The position numbers and the translations under genes were made by a program. From Nitrospinota bacterium (GTDB taxonomy: Bacteria; Nitrospinota; Nitrospinia; UBA9942), in NCBI GenBank assembly GCA_016194325.1, contig JACQBS010000105.1:9419-73418 (forward strand): a DNA stretch of 64,000 nt. The letters are read 5' to 3'. Positions 55,981-64,000 of this stretch are shown here, piece by piece (within the stretch, counting starts at the first letter, position 1; each line of letters opens with the position of its first letter). The notes under the pieces were generated by a model. The model had not been told where the DNA came from. It saw only the letters and a list, made by a program, of their open reading frames with translations, and did not search any database.

Positions 55981-56852
55981 AACACCCTCACTATGTCCAT
56001 CGTTACTACATGCTGATTAGAGGTATTCATTATTCTTACAATTGAATGTGCGTCCCTTACCACATATCTAAAATCCCCTCCCGACCTCTTCCATATTGCC
56101 TTTGCACATTCGGCATCGAGGTCAATCCCTGCTGCAAGCCTGAAATACGCCGAGACATCCGATAGTGTTATCTCCTCAAAGGCGACTGTCTGACGAACAC
56201 GACTCTTTAATCTTCTTTCTCTATCCATATACCTCACAACAGCCTCCTCACCTATGAGGACAATCGGGCATAAACACCGTTCATTAAGCCCCCGCAGCAT
56301 CTCTACAGATTGCAGGTGCATCTTATCTGCCTCATCTATAAGTATTATCTTCCTCTTACTCCTTGTCGCCTTTTCAATCTCCATCAGACAATCACGGAAT
56401 CTAAAAGGGCGGATTCCGTTCAGCTCATAGGCTATCTCTCTGGACACATCTGTGAGGGAAAATCCTGTGATGAATTGGACATACACTGCATCGGGGTTAT
56501 TCACCGCATAATGCACCGCAGCCTTTGTCTTCCCCCTGCCTGCTGTCCCTACAACAACACCAAAAGATGAGGTCAAATCCCCCTCCGATAGCTCATCACA
56601 GAGGGAATTGAATTTTCTGACATTGCTTGTCTGAATAAAGACATCTGCCCTCACCCTGAAATTTTTTTCTTGCAATCTGTATCCATGTTCTGATAGTTTA
56701 TTGACAATATCTGCCTCAATCTCAGAGGTATTACCACTGTATTTGCCCCTGATAATGAGGCTTATGGTGGACTCATCATAGCCTGTGAGCTTGGCGACTC
56801 TGGCATTGATGAGTTCACCTTTATACTGCTCCATTAACTTCTTTAATTGCAT
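55977..56852 (-). CDS. MuB-like AAA+ transposition target-DNA activator
   Basis: Walker A GTAGRGKTKAA and Walker B ILIDEAD; N-terminal HTH; follows the transposase gene. Confidence 0.7.
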   Translation of the reverse strand: MQLKKLMEQYKGELINARVAKLTGYDESTISLIIRGKYSGNTSEIEADIVNKLSEHGYRLQEKNFRVRADVFIQTSNVRKFNSLCDELSEGDLTSSFGVVVGTAGRGKTKAAVHYAVNNPDAVYVQFITGFSLTDVSREIAYELNGIRPFRFRDCLMEIEKATRSKRKIILIDEADKMHLQSVEMLRGLNERCLCPIVLIGEEAVVRYMDRERRLKSRVRQTVAFEEITLSDVSAYFRLAAGIDLDAECAKAIWKRSGGDFRYVVRDAHSIVRIMNTSNQHVVTMDIVRVL

Positions 56853-56910
56853 ATCTCACTCTCCTTTTTTTTAAGTTTTTACTCGTCCCTCATCCCTCGT
56901 CCCTCGTCTT

Positions 56911-57180
56911 TCACCCCCTTTCATTCATGGATTTGTAAAGCCTCTCAAACTCCTCAAATCTTACCTTCTCTGTCTCGTCCATCCCTGCCTCATACCGCCT
57001 CATAAACTCCTCATCTGCCTCAGTGAGATGGAATCCACCAAGATGATCCTCAAGCAGCGACTGATAGCGGTCAACCTCATATTTATATGTCCCCCTCTTT
57101 GCCCTGAGTTTTATGGGTCTTTGTTCTGTTGACTCTGCCACAATTCTTTCAGTTTCTTTTTTTAACTCCTCATCCGTCAT
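56911..57180 (-). CDS. Small acidic hypothetical protein
   Basis: ORF only. Confidence 0.25.
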   Translation of the reverse strand: MTDEELKKETERIVAESTEQRPIKLRAKRGTYKYEVDRYQSLLEDHLGGFHLTEADEEFMRRYEAGMDETEKVRFEEFERLYKSMNERG

Positions 57181-59234
57181 CTGTCTTCTGTCTTCTGGCT
57201 TCTGACTATCTTCTGGCTGCTATATTCAATGACTCCAGGTACCGGTGCGGTAAGTTTTTTGTAATGCTCTCTGACCTTTTCCATCATCTCCTTTTTCCAC
57301 TTCATAAGCTCCGTTACAAGCTCATTGTCCTTCATTGAGCTTTCAGGAACCTTGCGGAGTGTAATTGCCTCTCCGCCGGGCTTTACTGCAAAGGCTTTTT
57401 CAAAATCGTAAGGGTCATACCTTACCTCAACCCTCGTGCCATCCGCTAAATCCCATAGACCACATTCAAGGTTCAAACCCTCATAAAGTTTCTTCTCTAT
57501 CCATATCCGCCCACGATTAACAGTCCTCTCCTCCCTTTTTAAGAGGACAAAATCAAGCTCATGCTCCGGCATATACACCGGCTTAAACCCTTCATTCTTA
57601 ACCGCATACAAAAGCTCCTCCATCGGAGTTCTCCCTAATGCTGAGTGTCGGCGATTTGAATAAACCCCCACTCCCTCTATCGCCTTTAAAATAAACTCCT
57701 CCGGGGTGAGGAGCTTGTTTTCTTTAATGAGGTTTTTAAGCCTTCTATCTGATAATGCCTTCTCCTCAGATGTCCCTTTAAGCTCTCTGATATGTCCTGG
57801 AACGCCGAGGTCTAAAAGTATTCGCTCAAAACTCCCAAAAAACCTTTCAATTAGTTTTGCCTTAGCATTATAAGGTCTTGCATATCGATGCCATACCTCT
57901 GGAGTATCTACCGTCTCTATAATCTTTCCTTCGTCTTCCCCCTCGATGGCATATTTGTTATCCTTTGTCCTGTATAACTCCACAATATCTTTACTCTGTA
58001 TCCCATAAGCCTGCAGGTCATTCCCCACAAGATTGAAAAACCTTGAAGTCTCAGGCTTTCCATTATCCGTATATGCCTTTTGAAATTTTCCAAAATGTCC
58101 TATCCCCATTCTCATGGAAAGCCCTATCATGTATGAGTTGTAACGGTCAGCAAGACTGCATCCGTAGATATTTCTTGTGCGGAGGTCAAGCCAGAAATAT
58201 CCCTCCATCCTGAATATTTTGTCTATCTCCCTGTCATGCACCCAGAAATCAAACCTGTGCTGGTCTCCAACGATACATTCAAAGGGTGCAAGGTCTTTGT
58301 ATTGCCTGATAATATAGAAGATATTGTCAAGGGCACGGCTGCCGCCACGGGCATACTTTTCAAGGAGAGGATTGAGTCGGGTGAAATGCTCATAAGCGGA
58401 AGATTCAGAGCCGATTTTCCAGCTCTCCTTTTCTGCCTTTGATGCCACAGCCTGATAGACAAACCGTTTTGAAGCATCACCGGCTTCACGGATAGCCTTG
58501 AGATATACACCCTGCATATATAAGAGCGCCTCTGGATCCCATGCTGTCGTCCCTTTCTGCTTTCTCTCCTTATTAAAATATTGCGAGCCTTGCTCCTTAT
58601 ACCCTTTAATATCACCGCAAAGTGTCTGGTATGTTATGCCTGCCTCTACCGCACATTTCCTTTTCCACTTACCTTTTTTATACCCCTGCGGCACGGAGAG
58701 CGCCTTTTGCACCAGCTCCATCCTCTCATAATCAATCTTGCATACCGTTATCTGCCCCTCACAATTTCCCCCTTTATCTACCTTCATCTTTTCAATCTCC
58801 CACTGTGCCTGTGATGAGAGCCTTTCTTTAATATGTTCTGAGAGTAGCTTTGCAGTTTCTTGATTTTTCTGAATCCACTTCAACTGGGCATCGGGAGGGA
58901 GAGAGGATAGGGCAATTCGGTATTGCTTACCACCGTTGCCATTAACTTTGATTGCCTTATATTTACCTTCTTTACAGCCCTTCAGTACTGCTTGAAGTGT
59001 AATACCTAAAAATTCTTCTACTTCTTTCCGTGTCAAATATATGTCATCATTTTGAGCATGATTTTGGTTGTAACCTTTGGTCAAAATTGCCTGATTTTCG
59101 GTTGTAACCTTACCATTTTGGTTGTAACCTTGGTTGTAACCTTCAGCTAAAAGGTTACAACCTTCTTTTTCCCCTATCCCGTCATTAATTTGACTTTTCA
59201 TAACCCCCCTCTTTACTGTCAGGGATAATGCCAT
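57177..59234 (-). CDS. Mu-type DDE transposase (MuA-like)
   Basis: rve-type core with CIVGDQHRFD, YTDNGKPE and IERFFGS blocks (DDE); N-terminal DNA-binding region; 685 aa. The 5' end overlaps a decamer repeat array, so the true start may lie downstream. Confidence 0.75.
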   Translation of the reverse strand: MALSLTVKRGVMKSQINDGIGEKEGCNLLAEGYNQGYNQNGKVTTENQAILTKGYNQNHAQNDDIYLTRKEVEEFLGITLQAVLKGCKEGKYKAIKVNGNGGKQYRIALSSLPPDAQLKWIQKNQETAKLLSEHIKERLSSQAQWEIEKMKVDKGGNCEGQITVCKIDYERMELVQKALSVPQGYKKGKWKRKCAVEAGITYQTLCGDIKGYKEQGSQYFNKERKQKGTTAWDPEALLYMQGVYLKAIREAGDASKRFVYQAVASKAEKESWKIGSESSAYEHFTRLNPLLEKYARGGSRALDNIFYIIRQYKDLAPFECIVGDQHRFDFWVHDREIDKIFRMEGYFWLDLRTRNIYGCSLADRYNSYMIGLSMRMGIGHFGKFQKAYTDNGKPETSRFFNLVGNDLQAYGIQSKDIVELYRTKDNKYAIEGEDEGKIIETVDTPEVWHRYARPYNAKAKLIERFFGSFERILLDLGVPGHIRELKGTSEEKALSDRRLKNLIKENKLLTPEEFILKAIEGVGVYSNRRHSALGRTPMEELLYAVKNEGFKPVYMPEHELDFVLLKREERTVNRGRIWIEKKLYEGLNLECGLWDLADGTRVEVRYDPYDFEKAFAVKPGGEAITLRKVPESSMKDNELVTELMKWKKEMMEKVREHYKKLTAPVPGVIEYSSQKIVRSQKTEDR
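59066..59162. repeat. Five copies of the decamer GGTTGTAACC/GGTTACAACC (dyad-symmetric) within 100 bp
   Basis: Read directly at 59066, 59100, 59120, 59132 and 59153. Confidence 0.7.
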
Positions 59235-59344
59235 TGGCTATTGCGATATTTTTAGCCTCTCTCAACGATAAATATCTGCCCGTCCTCTTGGTTATAATTT
59301 TTCTTACTTTCTTTATAATTTTAAGGTTTTTGTCTTTCACCTTT

Positions 59345-59776
59345 TTAACCCTCCTTCCTTATCTTTTCTATTTCCTTATCTATCTCTGCTTTTTGGGCTT
59401 CCAGCTTGGCTATCTTCATATACTTGCTCTCTTCAGAAGTCGCCACATCACATCCGATAGAGTTAAGAAGAATCCTGAACGGCTCAACTATCCCAAGCAC
59501 AAAACAAAGAGCATGTAGCACCACCGCTGGAATCCTATACTCAGCCTTTGTAGATGTATACTGGTCAAGCATCTCCTTACTCACGGTTCTCCCTAATAAC
59601 TCCGAAACCCTTGCAGCTATTTGGTATCGGGACATCTTACAGCTACGCATCGCATCTGACAGGCATTCCCGGAGCCGCCTGTCAACATCCAGACTCCCCT
59701 CTATATCAGTGGAGAACAGATTCATTGATACCACCCCTATCGAATCTTTTTTACTATTTGACATTGACGCCCCCAT
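59345..59776 (-). CDS. Hypothetical early protein (possible DNA-binding)
   Basis: ORF between ner and the transposase. Confidence 0.3.
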   Translation of the reverse strand: MGASMSNSKKDSIGVVSMNLFSTDIEGSLDVDRRLRECLSDAMRSCKMSRYQIAARVSELLGRTVSKEMLDQYTSTKAEYRIPAVVLHALCFVLGIVEPFRILLNSIGCDVATSEESKYMKIAKLEAQKAEIDKEIEKIRKEG

Positions 59777-59822
59777 TATTAATGTTTAAAATAGATGTCA
59801 TGATTTGGATTGGAAATATTAT

Positions 59823-59999
59823 CTACGCCACCTTCCCCTCCTCGGGCCACAACTCCGCAATCGGCAGTCCAATCTCATCCGCTATAGCTTTGCGGAGCTT
59901 GTGGGATTTAATCCTCCCAGTGATGGTTTTATTAATAGCAGACCGACAAACCCCGATTCTACGGGCAATTGCCGCACCCTTTATTCCCTTTTTAACCAT
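59823..59999 (-). CDS. ner: Ner-like HTH transcriptional regulator
   Basis: 58 aa; KGAAIARRIGVCRSAINK...IAELWPEEG resembles Mu Ner/Nlp; divergent from the repressor gene. Confidence 0.55.
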   Translation of the reverse strand: MVKKGIKGAAIARRIGVCRSAINKTITGRIKSHKLRKAIADEIGLPIAELWPEEGKVA

Positions 60000-60083
60000 C
60001 TCAATCCGTATTTTTTTGTCTATTGTTATCAACATGGAGATAAATATAATCGTATTACAAGTATTTGTCAAGTAAAAAATGCT

Positions 60084-60710
60084 ATGCAAGTAAAAAAAAA
60101 TATAGGTGATAGGATTAAACAAGTGCGAAAGGCTCAACACCTTACACAGCAGGCATTCGCAAGGATTCTGGGAATAACACAGGGTTTTTATACCGGCATA
60201 GAGACAGGTAAATATAGTACAAGCAATGAAATTTTAACTTGCATAACAAGTAATTTTAATATCAATCTTAATTGGCTTCTCACTGGCGAGGGTGAGATGT
60301 ATAAAAGACTCCCGATACCTAAAGCAAAGCCAACAGTGCTTGTCCCTGTTCTTGGTAGAGTCCCGGCAGGCTTTCCAAATGAGATTCCTGAGAATGAAAT
60401 AACTGAATATGTTCATTTACCAGATGCACCACCAGGTTCCTTTGTCCTTATAGTAAAAGGCGACAGTATGAGTCCCAAAATAAAAGACGGAGATTATGTC
60501 ATCTTTAAACCAAATGGAGAGATTAAAAGCGGAGATGTGATAGTAGTAAATAATGAATATGGTGAAACTATGCTAAAAAAATACTATGTGGATAAAAATG
60601 GAGATGTGTTGTTGGTCAGCGAAAATCCTGAATATCCCGCTTTTAAACCAAACGAACACTATAGTATAATAGGTAAGGTTATAGATGGGTGGAGAAAAGT
60701 AAAATTTTAG
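60084..60710 (+). CDS. Phage repressor, HTH-XRE plus S24 (LexA-like) peptidase
   Basis: N-terminal IKQVRKAQHLTQQAFARILGITQ HTH; C-terminal GDSMSP ... KK S24 signature. Start set at the Met at 60084. Confidence 0.7.
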   Translation: MQVKKNIGDRIKQVRKAQHLTQQAFARILGITQGFYTGIETGKYSTSNEILTCITSNFNINLNWLLTGEGEMYKRLPIPKAKPTVLVPVLGRVPAGFPNEIPENEITEYVHLPDAPPGSFVLIVKGDSMSPKIKDGDYVIFKPNGEIKSGDVIVVNNEYGETMLKKYYVDKNGDVLLVSENPEYPAFKPNEHYSIIGKVIDGWRKVKF

Positions 60711-60724
60711 GAGGAGGTAGCTGT

Positions 60725-61363
60725 ATGAAAAGATGTTTGCTTATATCTTTATGTATATTGGCTTTCGTTATAGGTATCTCACACGCTGAGCAAATAGTTG
60801 CAAAAAAGGCAGGAGTTGGGGACACATTTACCACTATAGAATCGGTGTGGAATAGGGGATATAAAAAAGAAGTACCTATGGGAGACGGTTCAAAAACAGT
60901 AACGATTGGTTTTGATAAAGGAAGTGCTTTCTCTTATACAACTGGATTACTGGGTTATGCTTTTGGTAACTCTGAAAGAGCAGGTCGATTGGAAGGAAAT
61001 GCTAAAGGACTTTTCGGAGCAGTAATTGGAGTTAATCCAACCAAGCAACAATTCTTTCAAGGTATTAAAGATTTGATGCCTACGGATTTTGCTTTAATAG
61101 GAGCTTATGTTAATAAAAATGACCCTTTACGGCATTGGAAGAAAGAAATCTATACCTTTAAATCTAAAAAGTTATCTCAGTTACAAGGAATATCAGAAGC
61201 TTTCCCTTATAAGCAATATAAATACACTTTGGGGAATTTTACTCTAATTATCAACTATGATATTGATAATGAAGATAAGGTTGCTAACTTCCTTCTTTTT
61301 TTAGGTCTTAGTGATTCTAATATTGAGGATATGAAAAAGATAGACGCAAATCCTTTTAAATAG
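60725..61363 (+). CDS. Secreted or lipoprotein-like protein of unknown function
   Basis: Signal peptide MKRCLLISLCILAFVIGISHA. Confidence 0.4.
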   Translation: MKRCLLISLCILAFVIGISHAEQIVAKKAGVGDTFTTIESVWNRGYKKEVPMGDGSKTVTIGFDKGSAFSYTTGLLGYAFGNSERAGRLEGNAKGLFGAVIGVNPTKQQFFQGIKDLMPTDFALIGAYVNKNDPLRHWKKEIYTFKSKKLSQLQGISEAFPYKQYKYTLGNFTLIINYDIDNEDKVANFLLFLGLSDSNIEDMKKIDANPFK

Positions 61364-61365
61364 TT

Positions 61366-61587
61366 ATGAAGCACCTTATTATAATCTCGGTAATTTTCTT
61401 TTGCTTTTCTATAGCTTCTGCCCACTCTGGAAGATTGGACTCCAGTGGTGGACATTATAATAGAAAGACTGGAGAGTATCATTATCATAAGATAAAACCA
61501 CTATCAGAAAATTTTAAAAAAGAGCCCAAACAGTCCTCAAAGCCCTCCAAATCAAAGACTAAAAGCTCTAAATCCAAAAGAAAATAA
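61366..61587 (+). CDS. Small secreted YHYH-motif protein with Lys/Ser-rich tail
   Basis: Signal peptide; GGHYNRKTGEYHYH motif. Confidence 0.35.
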   Translation: MKHLIIISVIFFCFSIASAHSGRLDSSGGHYNRKTGEYHYHKIKPLSENFKKEPKQSSKPSKSKTKSSKSKRK

Positions 61588-62058
61588 AAAAGATAATGTC
61601 ATAAGTTTGTCACTTTAAGCTTTATAAACCTTTATAAAGAAATTTGCGATTTGTAAAATTATAAAGCATTATTCTGTAATTTTCACCCAAAACCTCACTT
61701 TCTACCAAAAATTACAAAACCAACCTTACAAAAAACTCTTTGTTTTCATTAAGGTTATGCTATATCCTATAATTAAGTTTATCTAATGTTATATTGTAAT
61801 TAACAATAGTCGGAAATAATATATATAGTTTTATGGTTTTTATTAATAATTTTATTGTTTGTTTTAAAAGACAGAAACCGTATAATAACTTGTTATGTGT
61901 AAAAAGCATGCTTATAATATATAGTATCCGCCTTTATGTTTAAGCCTCTAAGTCCTTTATAAATTTTTCATCAGGTATCACAGCCTTTAATCTTGAACTT
62001 ACTGCTTCTATTCCAATTCCACTAAAATTTTCCATTAGATTTTAGAACTGAGAAATAG

Positions 62059-62087
62059 TTGACAATAGGTATAACAAAAGCATAAAT
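62059..62087 (+). promoter_or_regulatory. Sigma70-like promoter TTGACA-17-ATAAAT upstream of the brnT remnant and brnA
   Basis: Read directly. Confidence 0.45.
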
Positions 62088-62095
62088 TGCATATT

Positions 62096-62137
62096 ATGGA
62101 GTTTGAGTTCGGATTATTTCTGTACGACGATTCATAA
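62096..62137 (+). pseudogene. Truncated brnT-like toxin remnant (MEFEFGLFLYDDS-stop)
   Basis: 13-codon ORF with a BrnT-like MEFE start directly upstream of the brnA-like gene. Confidence 0.3.
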
Positions 62138-62155
62138 AAGAGGAGGTTGATATAT

Positions 62156-62383
62156 ATGAAGGCTCGTGATTTTGATAAGAAATTTGATGAGGGCAAGGAT
62201 ATTTCCAAATACCTTGATGTGTCAAAAGCAAGAAGACCAGAGCAGGAGCAAAAAAGAGTAAATGTTGATTTTCCTGTGTGGATGATCCAGTTGTTGGACA
62301 AAGAGGCAAAACGTCTGGGGGTGCCTCGGCAATCTATTATCAAGGTTTGGGTAGCAGAGCGGCTTGAAAAGATATTAAGTTAG
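62156..62383 (+). CDS. brnA: BrnA-like (CopG/RHH) antitoxin
   Basis: DFDKKFDEG ... VNVDFPVWMIQLLDKEAKRLGV ... IKVWVAERL matches BrnA family conservation. Confidence 0.55.
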   Translation: MKARDFDKKFDEGKDISKYLDVSKARRPEQEQKRVNVDFPVWMIQLLDKEAKRLGVPRQSIIKVWVAERLEKILS

Positions 62384-62385
62384 AA

Positions 62386-62934
62386 TTAAATCCTTGCGAG
62401 CACTCCTTTATTCACTTCTGTAACCTTTTCTTTTCCCAATAAAAGTTCTACAAGTTTGAAGGCAAATTCAATGGCAGTGCCGGGACCCTGGCTTGTGACA
62501 ATATTGCCATCAACAACAACCCTTTCATCTGAGACTTTTTCTTTGGTGAGCTTATCCCTTACACTCGGGTGGCTTGTAATATTTTTTCCTGTGGTGATGC
62601 CTATAGATGAAAGGACTGTAGGTGCGGCACAGATGGCTGTTGTAAATTTCCCTTTTTTGTATAGCCTTTCAACTATCTCTTTTATGCGTGGGTCTTTTTT
62701 GAGATTTTCAGTTCCGACTGCACCACCGGGGAGGACTATCATATCAAAGTCCTGATTCTTCACAGAATCCAAAGATGTGTCTGTTAGGACTTTAATCTTA
62801 TTTCTCCCCTCTATTGGTCCATCCACTGTCCCTGCCATTATCACTTCTATTCCTGCCCTTCTTAGAATATCAACAACTGATAGAGCCTCTACCTCTTCAA
62901 AACCCGGTGCTATTGGTATCAAAACCCTTTTCAT
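62386..62934 (-). CDS. DJ-1/PfpI family protein
   Basis: 182 aa, a nucleophile-elbow AICAAP Cys motif, an N-terminal VLIPIAPGFEEVE block. Confidence 0.75.
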   Translation of the reverse strand: MKRVLIPIAPGFEEVEALSVVDILRRAGIEVIMAGTVDGPIEGRNKIKVLTDTSLDSVKNQDFDMIVLPGGAVGTENLKKDPRIKEIVERLYKKGKFTTAICAAPTVLSSIGITTGKNITSHPSVRDKLTKEKVSDERVVVDGNIVTSQGPGTAIEFAFKLVELLLGKEKVTEVNKGVLARI

Positions 62935-62944
62935 AAATCACCAT

Positions 62945-64000
62945 TTAAACAAGGAGAGGTGCCAGAATGAGAGATACAATTGCCATCAATTTAATTAATA
63001 TATTCATAGCAGGACCCGAGGTATCTTTAAACGGGTCGCCGACAGTATCACCTACTACTGCAGCCTTGTGTGCATCCGAGCCCTTACCTCCAAGATTTCC
63101 CTTTTCTATATATTTTTTTGCATTGTCCCATGCACCGCCTGCATTTGCCATCATGATTGCAAGGAGGACGCCGGCAACTGTTGCACCTGCAAGCATTCCG
63201 CCAAGTGCTTCAGGACCGAGTATAAAGCCGACAAGGACAGGGGCTGCAACAGCCGTAATACCAGGGAGTATCATCTCTGTCAGGGCTGCCTTAGTGCTTA
63301 TATCAATACACTTTTTAACATCTGGTTTTACGCCTGGTTTGCCTTCAAGGAGTCCTGGAATCTCTCTGAACTGTCTCCTTATCTCATTGACCATCTTGAA
63401 GGCTGCCTTGCCGACTGATGTCATTGTCAATGCACCAATAAAGAATGGAATAATGCCCCCTATCAATAATCCGATAACGACATAGGGGTCTGTTATAAGT
63501 ATGTCAAAACTTTTGCCTAATTTTACACTTATTGCCTGAGTATATGCAGAGAAGAGTGCGAGTGCAGTCAGGGCAGCAGAGCCTATGGCGAAGCCTTTGC
63601 CAATGGCTGCTGTTGTATTGCCGAGGGCATCAAGGCTGTCTGTTATTGCCCGGACATCCTTACCCATGTGGCTCATCTCAGAGATACCGCCTGCATTATC
63701 CGCAATTGGTCCGTATGCATCAACACTCATGACTATACCTACTGTTGCAAGCATGCCTACCGCTGATATGCCTATACCATATAAACCACTCGTATAGTTT
63801 GCTACAAATATTGCTGCACATATTGCAAGGACGGGGAGGGCACAGCTCTCAAGTCCAACAGCAATACCTGCTATAATATTTGTTGCTGCACCTGTCTGGC
63901 TTGCCTCTGCAATCCTTTCAACCGGTTTGGCAGATGTGTAATGTTCTGTAATGAGTCCTATCGCAATCCCGCCTACACAGCCTGAGAATACTGCCCAATA
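62945..64000 (-). CDS. hppA: H+-translocating pyrophosphatase (V-PPase), C-terminal part; the N-terminus lies beyond the window
   Basis: [34 protein letters not shown] and [12 protein letters not shown] conserved blocks; the frame is open to the window end. Confidence 0.85.
   Translation of the reverse strand, partial: YWAVFSGCVGGIAIGLITEHYTSAKPVERIAEASQTGAATNIIAGIAVGLESCALPVLAICAAIFVANYTSGLYGIGISAVGMLATVGIVMSVDAYGPIADNAGGISEMSHMGKDVRAITDSLDALGNTTAAIGKGFAIGSAALTALALFSAYTQAISVKLGKSFDILITDPYVVIGLLIGGIIPFFIGALTMTSVGKAAFKMVNEIRRQFREIPGLLEGKPGVKPDVKKCIDISTKAALTEMILPGITAVAAPVLVGFILGPEALGGMLAGATVAGVLLAIMMANAGGAWDNAKKYIEKGNLGGKGSDAHKAAVVGDTVGDPFKDTSGPAMNILIKLMAIVSLILAPLLV

Larger units (their letters stand above)
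22867..61660 (-). mobile_element. Mu-like transposable prophage (myovirus), about 38.8 kb, carrying a DGR; the ends are tentative
   Basis: Mu-type gene order c/ner/A/B...lysis...head...tail. Candidate terminal inverted repeats are AATTTTACAAGCG at 22867-22879 and GCGATTTGTAAAATT at 61646-61660. Confidence 0.5.

Noticed and set aside
62035-62343. Minus-strand ORFs (102 and 71 aa) overlapping the brnA region
   Set aside because: They are antisense shadows of the BrnA-like gene and the AT-rich promoter region, with no motifs.

Overview
Low-GC bacterial chromosome segment in three parts. (1) 1-22.6 kb, host: the tail of an M16 peptidase; an ABC-transporter-dependent glycan/O-antigen-type cluster (several GT2 enzymes, Wzm/Wzt, a WecA/MraY-family initiator fused to a Rossmann domain, and a 946-aa methyltransferase-coiled-coil-2xGT2 protein); a T2SS-like core gspC(PDZ)-gspD-gspE-gspF on the minus strand; a GltD-like FAD/Fe-S oxidoreductase; a nitroreductase. 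(2) about 22.9-61.7 kb: a Mu-like transposable myovirus prophage, genes mostly on the minus strand. It has a LexA-like c repressor divergent from ner, MuA DDE transposase, MuB, a GemA-like protein, a lysis cassette, a Mu-like head module, a P2/Mu-like contractile tail and baseplate, and a tail fiber. At the tail-fiber end sits a complete diversity-generating retroelement (DGR): a target gene whose C-terminal C-type-lectin/FGE-like fold carries a 112-bp variable repeat (VR), then avd, a template repeat (TR) and a reverse transcriptase with the DGR-specific IGxxxSQ motif. TR and VR differ at 8 positions, every one at a TR adenine on the coding strand. A Dam-family N6-adenine methyltransferase follows at the extreme end. 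(3) 61.7-64 kb, host: a BrnA antitoxin with a decayed brnT remnant, DJ-1/PfpI, and a partial H+-pyrophosphatase. Several families of short tandem or inverted repeats occur in both prophage and host intergenic DNA.
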